Positions 41,363-53,500 of a stretch of 53,750 nucleotides of DNA are shown in pieces. The first letter of the stretch is position 1. Each line of letters starts with the position of its first letter. Origin of the DNA: Thermodesulfovibrionales bacterium (lineage in GTDB: Bacteria; Nitrospirota; Thermodesulfovibrionia; Thermodesulfovibrionales; CALJEL01); the NCBI GenBank assembly GCA_041082235.1, contig JBDOIG010000308.1, forward strand, positions 1-53,750, in the 5' to 3' direction. The position numbers were made by a program, and so were the translations under genes. The notes under the pieces were generated by a model, which was not told the DNA's origin, searched no databases, and saw only the letters and a program-made list of their open reading frames with translations.

Positions 41363-42574
41363 TTATATAATCTCTTTTATGAAATAATCCATCAGTCTAA
41401 AAGACTCATCAATCCTGACAATCTCCTTTAGCTCAGCAATGGACTCATCAAATCTTATCTTATTACCCGTCTTCTTTCTACTGTCATAAATTATAAAAGG
41501 AACAGGTTCATCAGTATGAGTCCTTACAGATATGGGTGTGGCATGGTCAGGAAGTATAAGTATCCTGTATTCATTAAAGGATTTGAGCATCCTGAGGACA
41601 GTTCCAATGACAAGGGCATCTATATCTTCTATTGCCTTTATCTTCTTTTCAATGCTTCCCTCATGGGAGGCCTCATCAGGTGCCTCTATATGAATATAAA
41701 CAAAGTCATTGTCCTTGAGACTGTTGATCCCGTATTCAGCCTTTCCTGTGTAGTTTGTATCTATATATCCTGTTGCACCTGGCACATTTATGATCCTTAG
41801 GCCGGCATAGATTCCAATGCCTTTTGTAAGGTCCACTGCAGAGACCAGTGTTCCCCTTATGCCATATTTATCCATAAAGGTGGGCATATCAGGTCTTCTG
41901 CCCTGACCCCATAGCCAGATACTGTTTGCAGGCCTCAGGCCCTTCTGAAGCCTTGCCTTATTAACAGGATGTGCCTCAAGCAGAGATACTGACCTGAGCA
42001 TGAGAGACCTCAATGTCTCATCAGCCTTTCCAGAAGGTAGATAATCAGTGATCTCCTTACCAGTAATATCATGGGGAGGTGTACACTCGCAATCAGCTAT
42101 ACCTTTTTTCCATATCATCAAATGTCTGTAACTTACCCCGGGATAAAAGGATATGGACTCATTAGAGAGGGACTCACTGAGGGCCTTTATAAGCTCCCTT
42201 GCCTCTTCAGTAGTTATGTGACCTGCACTGTAGTCCTCCATTATTGCCTTTGTCCTGTCTTTATTAAACTGAAGTGTCACAAGATTACACCTATAGGCTA
42301 CATCATCCTCTGATAGATTTACTCCTATGCTTGCTGCCTCAAGTGGTGCCCTTCCAGTATAGTATTTGCGAGGGTCGTAACCCATGATACCGAGATTTGC
42401 AACATCAGAGCCTGGATAAAGACCCTCTGGTATAGTCCTTACTGTACCAACAACTCCCTGTGAGGCAAGCATATCCATATTCGGCTTGAAGGCCATCATG
42501 AGTGGAGTCTTTCCGCCAAGTTCCTTCAGTGGCCTGTCTGCCATTCCATCAGTTACAATAACAATATATTTCAC
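41363..42574 (-). CDS. apgM: Cofactor-independent phosphoglycerate mutase (ApgM family; proposed homoserine kinase subgroup)
   Basis: [26 protein letters not shown]; last gene of the hom-thrC operon. Confidence 0.88.
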   Translation of the reverse strand: MKYIVIVTDGMADRPLKELGGKTPLMMAFKPNMDMLASQGVVGTVRTIPEGLYPGSDVANLGIMGYDPRKYYTGRAPLEAASIGVNLSEDDVAYRCNLVTLQFNKDRTKAIMEDYSAGHITTEEARELIKALSESLSNESISFYPGVSYRHLMIWKKGIADCECTPPHDITGKEITDYLPSGKADETLRSLMLRSVSLLEAHPVNKARLQKGLRPANSIWLWGQGRRPDMPTFMDKYGIRGTLVSAVDLTKGIGIYAGLRIINVPGATGYIDTNYTGKAEYGINSLKDNDFVYIHIEAPDEASHEGSIEKKIKAIEDIDALVIGTVLRMLKSFNEYRILILPDHATPISVRTHTDEPVPFIIYDSRKKTGNKIRFDESIAELKEIVRIDESFRLMDYFIKEII

Positions 42575-43653
42575 AGTTGAGCCTCAATTATCCTTTCAAG
42601 TTCTGGAAGTTCAGCCTTCACCCTTAAGGGCTCTTTCATTGCCTTAAAGACTGTATCCGGATCTTTTAAACCATGTCCTGTAAGGGTGCATACAACAGAT
42701 GAACCTTTTTTAAGATATCCTTCCTTGTAAAGTTTTATTACCCCGGCAACTGAGGCTGCAGAGGCTGGCTCGCAGAAAATCCCCTCAGCTGAGGCAATCA
42801 GTCTATAGGCATTCAGTATCTCTTCATCAGTAACAGCCTCTATTCTTCCATCTGATTCATCTCTTGCCTGTATGGCACCCTGCCAGCTTGCTGGCTTGCC
42901 AATCCTTATTGCAGTAGCTATTGTGTCAGGATTCTCAACAGGTCTTCCAATAACAAGAGGGGCAGCACCTGCTGCCTGAAAACCAAGCATCCTTGGAAGA
43001 GAGTTTATAATACCCTTTTCTTTATAGGTTTTATATCCCCTCCAGTAGGCAGTGATGTTACCTGCATTACCAACTGGAAGGGCATGATAATCTGGTGCAA
43101 AACCAAGCTGGTCACAGACCTCAAAGGCCGCTGTCTTCTGTCCCTCAAGCCTGAAGGGATTGATGGAATTTACAAGGGTGATGGGAAACTTTTCTACAAG
43201 TGCCCTGACAAGACTTAGTGCCTTATCAAAATTCCCGTCTATCTGAAGCACAAGGGCATTATGAATAAGCGCCTGAGAGAGTTTTCCAAGGGCGATCTTT
43301 CCAGCAGGAATAATTACAATTGCCTTAATCCCTGCCCTTGCTGCATAGGCTGCTGCTGATGCAGAGGTATTTCCAGTGGAAGCACATATCACGGCCCTTG
43401 AGCCATCCTCAAGGGCCTTAGATATGGCAAGTGTCATACCCCTGTCTTTAAAGGAACCTGTAGGGTTTACACCATCAAACTTAAAGTAAAGCTCTAAGTT
43501 TATTCCAAGCCTTTTTATTAAATTATTGCTCTTTAATAATGGGGTATTCCCCTCATTCAGGGTTATAATGGGTGTAGAATCTGTTACAGGTAAAAAAGTC
43601 CTATAATGATTAATAATACCTTTCCATTGTCCAAACTCAGTACTTAATTGCAT
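42571..43653 (-). CDS. thrC: Threonine synthase
   Basis: [35 protein letters not shown]. Confidence 0.93.
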   Translation of the reverse strand: MQLSTEFGQWKGIINHYRTFLPVTDSTPIITLNEGNTPLLKSNNLIKRLGINLELYFKFDGVNPTGSFKDRGMTLAISKALEDGSRAVICASTGNTSASAAAYAARAGIKAIVIIPAGKIALGKLSQALIHNALVLQIDGNFDKALSLVRALVEKFPITLVNSINPFRLEGQKTAAFEVCDQLGFAPDYHALPVGNAGNITAYWRGYKTYKEKGIINSLPRMLGFQAAGAAPLVIGRPVENPDTIATAIRIGKPASWQGAIQARDESDGRIEAVTDEEILNAYRLIASAEGIFCEPASAASVAGVIKLYKEGYLKKGSSVVCTLTGHGLKDPDTVFKAMKEPLRVKAELPELERIIEAQL

Positions 43654-43655
43654 GA

Positions 43656-43892
43656 TTACTCCAGAAATTCTCCTTCAATAAGTTCTACCTCCACCCCTTG
43701 GTCTCTAAGGGATTGTATACCCTTTTCAAGGTTTTCTTCTGTGCCTTCAAGCTCAAGGACCATCTCTCCAACTGTTTCAGTAACCCTTGCCCTCCTGATG
43801 TTTGGCATTACATCGTATGTCTTTGCCATCCTGAAAAGAACAGGTTCTTTAATAAGATGTTGTGGAAATGTTAGTTTAACCCTCTTTTTCAC
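43656..43892 (-). CDS. Stand-alone NIL domain protein
   Basis: LTFP...EPV...PNIRRA...GEMVLELEG pattern; SD AAGGAGG. Confidence 0.85.
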   Translation of the reverse strand: MKKRVKLTFPQHLIKEPVLFRMAKTYDVMPNIRRARVTETVGEMVLELEGTEENLEKGIQSLRDQGVEVELIEGEFLE

Positions 43893-43907
43893 ATTAACCT
43901 CCTTTTA

Positions 43908-44189
43908 TTACTTTAAAGAACCACCTGCAATGGCAGGAACTATAGAGACCTCATCTCCATCCTTTACAATGGTATTCTCCGCCTGGAGGAATCTTATATC
44001 CTCCTCATTAACATAGATATTTACAAATCTTCTGATCTTGCCACCCTCTGATATCCTTTCCATAAGCCCTGGATACTTATGGTCAAGGTCAGTTATCAGT
44101 TCTATTATTGTACCTGCCTTTCCTTCAACCTCATCCTTACCATTTGTGAGTCTCTGAAGTGGTGTAGGGATCTTTACCTTTACTGCCAT
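43908..44189 (-). CDS. MoaD/ThiS/CysO family ubiquitin-like sulfur carrier with a C-terminal extension
   Basis: VKIPTPL, RRFVNIYVNEEDIRFL, ends PAIAGG-SLK. Confidence 0.92.
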   Translation of the reverse strand: MAVKVKIPTPLQRLTNGKDEVEGKAGTIIELITDLDHKYPGLMERISEGGKIRRFVNIYVNEEDIRFLQAENTIVKDGDEVSIVPAIAGGSLK

Positions 44190-44202
44190 AGGTGTTACCT
44201 CC

Positions 44203-45441
44203 TTAGAGTAGTCCTTTATCTTTCATTACCTCTTCAAAAGAGGCAAGGGAAGGCTTTATATAATGAGGTGAAGGTACTTTTCCATTCAATGCCTCCTGCG
44301 TCTTAAGGCCATTCCCTGTGATGCATATTACAGTTATCTCATCGGGTTTTATATGTCCTTCCTTTACAAGTTTCTTTGTGGCAGCCACTGTGACTCCACC
44401 AGCAGTCTCGGCAAATATCCCCTCTGTTCTTGCTAGAAGCCTCATACCTTCAACAATCTCTTCATCACTTACATCGGCACCGTATCCGCCGCTTTCACGG
44501 ATTGCCTGCAATGCATAGAATCCATCTGCTGGATTTCCTATTGCAAGGGACTTTGCTATGGTATTTGGCTTTACAGGTCTTATAATATCCACACCCTGTT
44601 TCAGGGCAGTAACAATGGGACTGCATCCAGTCGCCTGAGCACCAAAGACCTTTGCCTCTATCTCTTTTATTATACCTATCTCTTTAAATTCCTTAAAGCT
44701 CTTCCATATCTTTGTAAGCAAGGAGCCACTTGCACAGGGGATAATAACATTGTCGGGCGTCTTCCAGCCCAGTTGTTCAACTATCTCAAAACCATGGGTC
44801 TTTGAGCCTTCCGCATAAAAGGGCCTGATATTTATGTTCACAAAGGCCCATCTGTATTTATTAGCAATCTCACTGCAGAGTCTGTTTACATCATCATAAT
44901 TTCCATCAACCGCTACCACATTGGGCTCATAGACCAGAGAGGCTATAATCTTGCTTGGCTCAAGACTTGCCGGTATAAATACAAACCTTCTGAAACCAGC
45001 CATTGCACCCTGGGCAGATACTGAATGGGCAAGGTTTCCAGTTGATGCACAGGCAACTGTATCAAAACCGAATTCCCTTGCCTTTGTCAGGGCAACAGAA
45101 ACTACCCTGTCCTTGAAGGAAAGGGTTGGATGGGCAACTGTATCATCTTTTATATACAACTCCTTTATTCCAAGAACCTCTCCCAGTCTTGCAGCCTTTA
45201 TCAGGGGAGTGAATCCAGCATTTATGCCTGCCACAGGGTCTCCTTCCACTGGAAGCAGCTCTTTATATCTCCAGAGATTCTTACCCCTCTGCTGTATCTT
45301 CTTTTTATTAAGGACTTTTGCAATCCTTTTATAGTCATAAACAACCTCAAGAGGACCGAAACAGAACTCGCAGACATAAATAGGTTCAATGGGATATTCC
45401 CTTCCACATTCCCTGCATTTTAAACCCTGAACATAACCCAT
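44203..45441 (-). CDS. Threonine synthase-like PLP enzyme (second paralog, next to the sulfur carrier)
   Basis: N-terminal CxxC...CxxC, PTLSFKDR, CASTGNLA, TGNGLKT. Confidence 0.9.
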   Translation of the reverse strand: MGYVQGLKCRECGREYPIEPIYVCEFCFGPLEVVYDYKRIAKVLNKKKIQQRGKNLWRYKELLPVEGDPVAGINAGFTPLIKAARLGEVLGIKELYIKDDTVAHPTLSFKDRVVSVALTKAREFGFDTVACASTGNLAHSVSAQGAMAGFRRFVFIPASLEPSKIIASLVYEPNVVAVDGNYDDVNRLCSEIANKYRWAFVNINIRPFYAEGSKTHGFEIVEQLGWKTPDNVIIPCASGSLLTKIWKSFKEFKEIGIIKEIEAKVFGAQATGCSPIVTALKQGVDIIRPVKPNTIAKSLAIGNPADGFYALQAIRESGGYGADVSDEEIVEGMRLLARTEGIFAETAGGVTVAATKKLVKEGHIKPDEITVICITGNGLKTQEALNGKVPSPHYIKPSLASFEEVMKDKGLL

Positions 45442-45489
45442 TGTTTACCTCCATGTTTTTTTATTTTAATAAATTGATCTGTCCTGTAG

Positions 45490-45900
45490 CTACCCGACTA
45501 TTAATTCAATCTCTTTTATTTCCTTCTGCTCTTTTATATTGAAGGCCCTTACAACAGGGACTTCTCTTGCAAGACTTACTATTACATAGACAACATCATC
45601 ATAAAAGGCAAGTTCCCTGTCTTTTGCTGAGGGATAGGCATCACTTGCTGTATGAGAATGATATATACCGAGCATCCTAAGACCCATCCTCCTCATCTCC
45701 TTCATTACATTAAACTGCTCTCTTGAATCCATAAGATAACTGACAGGAGAATGCTCCACATTGGTCATCTTAAATATGTAGCTGACCCTGTCATCATTAC
45801 CAGAGAGAATACCGCAGGCCTCTTCTGGATAGACCTCCTTTGAATGCCTTATCATCTCGTTAAATGCCCGGGGACTGATAAAGAGTCTATCTGATGGCAC
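45490..45900 (-). CDS. JAB/Mov34 (M67, Mec-like) metallopeptidase
   Basis: PEEACGIL and YHSHTASDAYPSAKD JAMM motif. Confidence 0.92.
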   Translation of the reverse strand: MPSDRLFISPRAFNEMIRHSKEVYPEEACGILSGNDDRVSYIFKMTNVEHSPVSYLMDSREQFNVMKEMRRMGLRMLGIYHSHTASDAYPSAKDRELAFYDDVVYVIVSLAREVPVVRAFNIKEQKEIKEIELIVG

Positions 45901-46693
45901 AATATCCTTCAGTATAATCTATGAGCTCTTTAATCCTTGGAAAGTGACCGCATACAGGGCAGTCAGGGTTTCTTTTGACCCTGACCTTTCTGAAACTGGT
46001 CTTAAGGGCATTATAAATGAGTAGCTCATTCTTTAGAATATCACCCTTACCAAGAATTAACTTTATAACCTCAGTAGCCTGCAGTGCTCCTATTACACCT
46101 GGAAGAATCCCAAGGACACCAGCCTCCTGACAGGATGGAACAAGTCCCGGTGGTGGAGGCTCTTCAAAAAGACATCTATAGCAATGACCTTCCTTGGGAA
46201 TAATTGTAGTTACCTGACCCTCAAACCTGAGAATCGCACCACTTATAAGAGGCTTTCCGAGCATCACACAGGCATCATTGACAAGATACCTGGTAGGGAA
46301 ATTATCACTTCCATCAACTACAATATCATAGTCCTTTATAAGGTCAAGTATATTATCCTTTGTAATCTTTTCTTTTATTGCAACGATCTTTACATCAGGA
46401 TTGAGTGCCTCAAAGGTCCTTTTTGCTGATTCAACCTTTGGCATGCCAAGGGTATTTACACTGTGGGCTATCTGCCTCTGAAGATTACTCAACTCCACAT
46501 TGTCATTGTCAATGATCGCAATGGTTCCAATACCAGCTGCTGTAAGATAGTATCCAACAGGACAGCCAAGCCCGCCAGCACCAACAATAAATACCCTTGC
46601 ATTGAGGAGTTTTTTCTGACCCTTTCCACCAACCTCTGGAAGTATGATGTGCCTTGAATATCTCTGAAGTTGTTCCTCTGTAAACTCCATCAA
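45887..46693 (-). CDS. moeB: MoeB/ThiF family sulfur-carrier adenylyltransferase
   Basis: RYSRHI, GAGGLG, SNLQRQ, CYRC and CPVC. Confidence 0.92.
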   Translation of the reverse strand: MMEFTEEQLQRYSRHIILPEVGGKGQKKLLNARVFIVGAGGLGCPVGYYLTAAGIGTIAIIDNDNVELSNLQRQIAHSVNTLGMPKVESAKRTFEALNPDVKIVAIKEKITKDNILDLIKDYDIVVDGSDNFPTRYLVNDACVMLGKPLISGAILRFEGQVTTIIPKEGHCYRCLFEEPPPPGLVPSCQEAGVLGILPGVIGALQATEVIKLILGKGDILKNELLIYNALKTSFRKVRVKRNPDCPVCGHFPRIKELIDYTEGYCAIR

Positions 46694-46926
46694 TCCTTCT
46701 CCTTTCTCACCTGGATAATCCAGTCAGTGTCATTAATCTTTTCCACCTTGAGCACCTTATGACCATGGTCTTCCATTGACTTAGGGATACTCCTTGATGC
46801 CTCCTCATAATCAAGGAGTATCTCCAGAACCTGGCCGATCTCCATATCCTCAATAGCAAGTTTTGCCTTTACAAAGGTATAGGGGCAAACAAGGCCTTTA
46901 ATATTTATCTTTTTATCTGGTTCCAT
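46690..46926 (-). CDS. TusA/SirA family sulfurtransferase
   Basis: GLVCPYTF CPx motif, 78 aa, SD GGAGG. Confidence 0.9.
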   Translation of the reverse strand: MEPDKKINIKGLVCPYTFVKAKLAIEDMEIGQVLEILLDYEEASRSIPKSMEDHGHKVLKVEKINDTDWIIQVRKEKD

Positions 46927-46945
46927 CCTCGTACCTCCGAAAAGT

Positions 46946-48244
46946 TTATTTTATAATATCTTCCTCTTTACCTTCAACCCTCAGTAGAAAGCTCCTGCCA
47001 GCAACCACTGGAAGCCTGTCAATCTCAGTAAGTGCCATCTTCACATCCCTTTCCTTTGCAGTATGGGTAAGGATTACCAGAGGCACAGCACCACCCATAC
47101 GCCTGCCTTTCTGTATAACAGAGGCGATACTTATATTATGCTCACCAAGAATACCCGATATCTTTGAAAGAACCCCTGGTCTATCAATTGCAGTGAATCT
47201 GAAATAATACATGCTCATTATCTCACCCATATCCTTAATTGCGATATCACTGTAAGGTCTCCCAATTAAATTCAACTCAGGAGATTTTATTTTTTTGGCA
47301 ATGTCCACTATATCACTGACAACAGCGCTACCCGTTGGCATATCACCTGCACCCCTTCCATAATAAAGGGTGGGACCAACAGCATCGCCCTCTACATAAA
47401 TGGCATTAAACACCCCATCTACCTTTGATATAAGGTATTCCTCAGGTATCATGGTGGGATGAACCCTCAGCTCAAGCTCTCTATTTAAGAGCTTGGCAAT
47501 GGCAAGGAGTTTTATCCTGTAACCAAGCTCCGAGGCAAACTCTATATCCAGAGGGGTAATATTTGTTATCCCTTCCCTGTATATCCTTTTATAAGAAAGA
47601 GGGATACCAAAGGCAAGTGATGCAAGGATTGTGAGCTTATGTGTAGCATCTATGCCCTCCACATCAAGACCTGGATCAGCCTCTGCATAGCCGAGCCTCT
47701 GTGCCTCCTTAAGGGCATCCTGAAAAGAGATCCTCTCATCTGTCATTTTTGTAAGTATGTAGTTGGAAGTACCATTTATTATTCCGTAAATGGATAAGAA
47801 CTTATTCCCCACAAGCCCTTCTTTTACAACCTTTATAATGGGGATACCTCCTGCCACAGATGCCTCAAACCCGATCATCACACCCCTATCCATTGCCTCT
47901 CTGAATATATCTTCTCCATCCTCTGCAAGCAGTGCCTTATTTGCGGTAACCACATGTTTTTTATTTCTGATTGCACGGATGATGAAGTCCTTTGCAGGTC
48001 TTAAGCCTCCAATAAGTTCAACAACAATATCAATGGAGGGGTTTTCCAGAACCTGAGAGACATCATCCGTGAGAATCCCTTCAGGAAGTCTCACACCCCT
48101 GTCCCTTTTTATGTCCAGGTCAGCAATCTTTATAAGTTTCAGATCAAGGCCTGTCCTTTTTTTAATTAATTCAGAATTCTCAAGCAAAACTTTTACCGTG
48201 CCTGTTCCAACAGTTCCAAAACCTATTATCCCTATTCCTGCCAT
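46946..48244 (-). CDS. hom: Homoserine dehydrogenase with a C-terminal ACT domain
   Basis: GFGTVG, VTANKA, FEASVAGGIP, GYAEADP, DRPGVL. Confidence 0.96.
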   Translation of the reverse strand: MAGIGIIGFGTVGTGTVKVLLENSELIKKRTGLDLKLIKIADLDIKRDRGVRLPEGILTDDVSQVLENPSIDIVVELIGGLRPAKDFIIRAIRNKKHVVTANKALLAEDGEDIFREAMDRGVMIGFEASVAGGIPIIKVVKEGLVGNKFLSIYGIINGTSNYILTKMTDERISFQDALKEAQRLGYAEADPGLDVEGIDATHKLTILASLAFGIPLSYKRIYREGITNITPLDIEFASELGYRIKLLAIAKLLNRELELRVHPTMIPEEYLISKVDGVFNAIYVEGDAVGPTLYYGRGAGDMPTGSAVVSDIVDIAKKIKSPELNLIGRPYSDIAIKDMGEIMSMYYFRFTAIDRPGVLSKISGILGEHNISIASVIQKGRRMGGAVPLVILTHTAKERDVKMALTEIDRLPVVAGRSFLLRVEGKEEDIIK

Positions 48245-48245
48245 A

Positions 48246-49442
48246 TCAGCTCCCCAGTGATAATGCCCTTTTTATTCCTCTTACAGCCTGCCTGATCCTG
48301 TGCTCATTCTCCACCAGGGCAAATCTTACATAATGATCTCCACCCTCTCCAAATCCTATCCCTGGTGAGACCGCTACCTTTGCCTCCTTAAGAAGGAATT
48401 TTGCAAATTCAAGTGAACCCATCTTCTTAAACTCATCAGGTATCTCAGCCCATACAAACATGGTTGCCTTTGGTGGCTCAACATACCAGCCTATTTTCTG
48501 AAGTCCTTTTACCAGTATATCCCTTCTTGATTCATAGATCTTTCTATATTGCTCCACACAATCCTGAGGACCTCTCAGGGCAACTATTGCAGCTATCTGT
48601 ATTGGCTGGAACATCCCATAATCAAGATAACTCTTTATCCTGGTAAGAATACCCACTATATCTTTATTGCCTACGCAGAATCCAACCCTCCAGCCTGCCA
48701 TGGAGTAACTCTTTGTCATTGAGAAGAACTCCACACCTACATCCTTAGCACCCGGAACCTGAAGAAAGCTTGGCGCCTTATAACCATCAAAGACAAGGTC
48801 AGCATAGGCAAAGTCATGTATGACCATAATATTGTTTTCTTTTGCAAAATCAACTATCTTTTTGAAAAAAGAAAGTCCCTCAACAACAGAGGTGGTTGGA
48901 TTATGAGGAAAATTTATTATAAGCAGCTTTGGCCTTGGCCAGGAGGTCTTGTAGGCCTTTTCAATCTCTGAAAAGAAATCTATTCCATACCCGATAGGAA
49001 CACTCCTTACCTCACCTCCAGCTATGATTACACTGTAAGGATGTATTGGATAGGCCGGTGTAGGTGTAAGGGCAACATTGCCTGGCTCTATAATGGCCAG
49101 AGCAAGATGTGACAGGCCCTCCTTTGAACCAATTGTTACAACTGCCTCTGTCTCCGGGTCAAGGTCAACATCAAATCGCCTTTTATACCATTCGCATATT
49201 GCGACCCTGAGCTGAGTGATACCCCTTGAGGCAGAATACCTGTGATTCTTTGGATTCCTGGCAGCCTCACAGAGTTTTTCAATAACATGAGCTGGAGCGG
49301 GCATATCAGGATTGCCCATTCCCAGGTCAATAATGTCCTCACCCTGTTTTCTTGCCTGCATCTTCAGATTATTCACAACAGCAAAGACATAGGGTGGTAG
49401 CCTGTCAATTCGGCTTGATATCCTGCATTCAACTTTTTTCAT
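48246..49442 (-). CDS. alaC: PLP-dependent class I/II aminotransferase (AlaC/YfdZ-like)
   Basis: [36 protein letters not shown]. Confidence 0.8.
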   Translation of the reverse strand: MKKVECRISSRIDRLPPYVFAVVNNLKMQARKQGEDIIDLGMGNPDMPAPAHVIEKLCEAARNPKNHRYSASRGITQLRVAICEWYKRRFDVDLDPETEAVVTIGSKEGLSHLALAIIEPGNVALTPTPAYPIHPYSVIIAGGEVRSVPIGYGIDFFSEIEKAYKTSWPRPKLLIINFPHNPTTSVVEGLSFFKKIVDFAKENNIMVIHDFAYADLVFDGYKAPSFLQVPGAKDVGVEFFSMTKSYSMAGWRVGFCVGNKDIVGILTRIKSYLDYGMFQPIQIAAIVALRGPQDCVEQYRKIYESRRDILVKGLQKIGWYVEPPKATMFVWAEIPDEFKKMGSLEFAKFLLKEAKVAVSPGIGFGEGGDHYVRFALVENEHRIRQAVRGIKRALSLGS

Positions 49443-50298
49443 AAATACTCCCTACAAAATTTAATATATCCTCTGCATTCATAGAGCTTCTCACAAGAGG
49501 ACCCGAGGCTACATATTTAAAACCTATTTCCCTTGCCCTATCCTCAAGGGTCTTAAATACCTCAGGTCTGATATATTCTACAACAGGCAGGTTAGCTTTT
49601 GCAGGCCTCAGATACTGGCCTATTGTCAACATATCGCAATGAGCATTCCTCAACTTTTCAAGGACCTCTATTACCTCATCCATAGTTTCGCCAAAACCAA
49701 GCATAAGCCCTGATTTAGTCAAAATAGATGGCTTGATCTCTTTTGCCTTCTTTAAAATCATAATAGACCTCTCAAATGATGCACCTGGCCTCACCTTTTT
49801 ATAGAGAGAAGGAACTGTTTCAACATTATGATTAAAAACCACAGGGGCTGCTTCTACTACTAACCTCAAGGCCTCAAGATTTCCATTAAAATCAGGCACA
49901 AGTACCTCAATGGTTGCTTCAGGTAAGTGCTTTTTTAATTCATCTATGACCTTCACAAATTGAGAAGCACCTCCATCAGGAAGGTCATCCCTTGTAACAG
50001 ATGTAATCACTACATGCCTTAATCTCATCTCCTTTGCAGCAAGGGCTATCCTTCTTGGTTCATCAGGATCAACACCAAGAGGGCCTTTTGTCCTGTTTAC
50101 TGAACAGAAGCCACAACTGCGGGTGCATTCTGGGCCCAGGATAAGAAAGGTTGCGGTGGGTTTTGAAAAACATTTCTGCCTGTTAGGACATTTAGCCTCC
50201 TCACAGACAGTATGAATCTTCCATCTCTTTAATCTCCTTTGAGTCTCATGATTGAGGTTAAGTTTATTGCTTTTAATCCATAAGGGCAATCTTTTCAT
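49429..50298 (-). CDS. lipA: Lipoyl synthase
   Basis: [30 protein letters not shown]. Confidence 0.95.
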   Translation of the reverse strand: MKRLPLWIKSNKLNLNHETQRRLKRWKIHTVCEEAKCPNRQKCFSKPTATFLILGPECTRSCGFCSVNRTKGPLGVDPDEPRRIALAAKEMRLRHVVITSVTRDDLPDGGASQFVKVIDELKKHLPEATIEVLVPDFNGNLEALRLVVEAAPVVFNHNVETVPSLYKKVRPGASFERSIMILKKAKEIKPSILTKSGLMLGFGETMDEVIEVLEKLRNAHCDMLTIGQYLRPAKANLPVVEYIRPEVFKTLEDRAREIGFKYVASGPLVRSSMNAEDILNFVGSIYEKS

Positions 50299-50548
50299 GG
50301 AGATTATTTTAACACATAAATAATTTTGTTTTTTGGAGAAAGGCTTGATGCTGAAAGTTATTGCCCTTGATTGCTGGAATCGTCATCACCTAACAAAGTC
50401 TTCAGGCCTGAAAGTATCCAAGAGTATTCTTAAACATACACACTTAAACATCCAGATAGCAGCTAATTTAAAAATAATACTGACATATTTGCCATGAGAA
50501 GGTGGCAGAAAATATGTAAAACCTTACAATTGTAAAAACCTTTAGAAT

Positions 50549-53500
50549 TTATGAATTCTCCTTGTGAGTACAGCTTTTACCACCTTTTGATTTTTTAGGA
50601 TTTTTACCCTTGACCACCCTATTCGTAATCTGCATATCGCAATGTGAAGAAGAGGTACTTAGCTCCTTGAGAAATCTAATTGTAGATAAATATGGCCTTA
50701 AAGTAACATATCCTGAAAAGAGAGAAAAATTTGAGATGTAATATCTGCCCTCCCAAATCTTAAGGAGTGAGTCAATCATCAGTCTGATATATGAGATATC
50801 TATACTTTTGACATAAAGAATTGAATCCACTGCCTTTAATACATCATGGATATTCTGCTCGGTATCTCTATCAAATGTTATAATCCGATTCCTTACTTTC
50901 TGGACAGAAGCAATTGCATGGTCCACCATTTTCTTTTCGTGACCTGATACTGTAAGGGTATTCAGTGCCATGATAATATTATCCGCCATTGACAATGCAT
51001 CCATATCAACAACTATATCTACACTGAGCCTCTGATAGAGATTATAAATCCCCTTTTCAATATAACCAATCTCTGTCTGAAGATTGTATGTGCCCATTTT
51101 ATCAGGTGCCAATGTATAATAAAGTATTGTCTTTGACTCATTGGGTTCAAGATGTGTGTCTATTATCCATGGGTTTTCTGTTATCCATTTTCCAGTGGAT
51201 GGATCATAAAGTATTATATCTGATGGATATCTCTCAGTTACTCTCAAATCAAAGGCACTCCCAAGACTCTTGAGCTTTATCTCTACAGGGATAAGCTGGT
51301 TCGGAAGGGCTGTGGTTGAGTCAGGTCGCCTGTGGATATATGCTATGGAATTTTTAATCAGGTTTGACACTTGGTCATAGTTTTCATCATTAAGCGTTAC
51401 CCCAATATCAAAGGCATAGAAGACTGTCTTTCCAAGACCATAGGTATTAAGGACTATGCCTGGGTATTCTTCTCTCCTGTGATGCCAGCTTTCTTTTTTA
51501 CTGATATGATGCCCTTGCTTAAAACTTTCAATCCATGCCACAACCCTGTCTGTATTATCCACCTCAATCCTCAATGCCTCACCTTTTGCTATCAATGTGC
51601 CTACCTCCGAAACTGGGCTATTGAGGATCTTGACCTGATGTTTATCACCCGAGAGGTGTCCTTTATACCTTAAACCGAATAATGAATCGTATTCTTCTTC
51701 GTCTTCTCCATGCTCTTCATGATGTTCTCCCTGTTTGAGATACAGTACTGATATAAGCCCTTTTCCTGAATAGACCTGTTCCCTTAGTTCATCCGAGTAG
51801 TGGTCTTCCAGCGGGTGGTGGTCTCCTAAGATGAGCATGTCTGTGTAATAGGGGTTTCTGAGTTCTCTCTCGAAATCCTTTTTGTCATAAACTATGAAGT
51901 AGCTCGTTACTGCTTCTTTAAGTATCTTCTCAAGAAGGTGAATCCTTATACATTTTCCCTTATTATCATCTTCATCATCATTCCCCTGCCTACCATCTAC
52001 TGTATGCTGTTTACATTCTTCTTCGCATTCATCATTCACCCATACAAGTAGGTTTGTGACATCAGGAATTGTCTTTGTTATCTCAATGGCTGGGTTTACC
52101 TCAAAGGTCGTGCTTACTAATGCTGTGGGCTCACAGATCATCTCTGAAAAGACCCAGAGAGTAACCAGATATCTCTTAGGTGAGAGATTTAATGTTGGTA
52201 AGTTAAAGTTGCCTCCTGCTATTGTGCTTGTTGGGATGTTAACTGTTGTCTCAAAGGTCTGTTTTATCTCCTGAGTATCCGGATCAGTAATGACAACCTT
52301 CACACCGAGATTGCTAATGTCTTCACTGCCATTGTTTTGTATCATATATGCGATAGACTCGTCCTTGCCCTGATAGACAGGATTTGGAGAGGTAAGGATT
52401 GTGCCAGAAAGCCATTTACTTATATCCAGATAGAGGGTATATATTGTTTGCTTGCTCACATTGCCAGCTATATCTTTTGTTATAAAGGCAAAGGTATTCG
52501 TGCAAGGAATGAGTTTAACCTCAGGGAACGCAAACTTACCGGTAATTGGATCTGCCTTCGTTGTATATGTATTCACAAAGGCCATCTCAACTACGGAACC
52601 TGGCTCTGTTTTGCCATTTATATCCACTACACTGGACATGACAGAAGAACCATCAGGAGGAGATATAATTACAGGTGGTTCAGGTGGTGTAAGGTCAATC
52701 GTGATAGTTGTTGAGACAGGCAGGCTTATATTACCGGCCTTATCAATTGCCCTGAGGCTGATTGTTCGGACTCCCTCATCTGCCTTCACAGGAGACCATG
52801 TTATTGAATACCTGCCATGGGATAGGTCTGAAACAGGCAGGAGTTTCCATGTACCATCATCAATATGATATTCAACCCTTTCTACACCAGAGGCATCGTC
52901 TGTAGCGATAGCCGATACATCAAACTCCGAGTTGTAATAGCCACCTGAAACAGGTGAAATGATATTAACCACTGGTGGTATGCCATCCTTCACTGTGAAA
53001 GATGTGCTTGCAATATTTTTTGTATTACCCAGATAAGAGTACTGTAATATAACTACGTAAGACTTCAGACCATAACCCTGTGTGGAGAATTTAAACTGCC
53101 CTGCATGAGAGCCATCTATGTGGAGGTCTATTATATTCTGTCCTGTATTCATCACATCCAGGCTCTCAGGGTCTGTAATAATAACCTTTAATGGAAGACC
53201 ATTAATACTGACATTGCCTGTGTTCTTAACCACATAGTCAATCTGTACATTATTTGCAAAGATGACAGCAGAGGGACTGGCTGTTATATCCCCTGTGATT
53301 ATAAAAACTGGATTGATGCTGACGGATGTTGCTTCGGTGGAAACGAGTGTATTGTTTATATAAATCTCGGTAGAGGCACTATAACTCCCGGGAGCTGTAA
53401 GCCCTGTATTCCAGATAGAGTTTATAGTAGTCAATGCACCTGGTATAAGATTTTTTAATTTCCTGTCTTCTGTAAATAAAATATTATTGTTGGTATCTGT

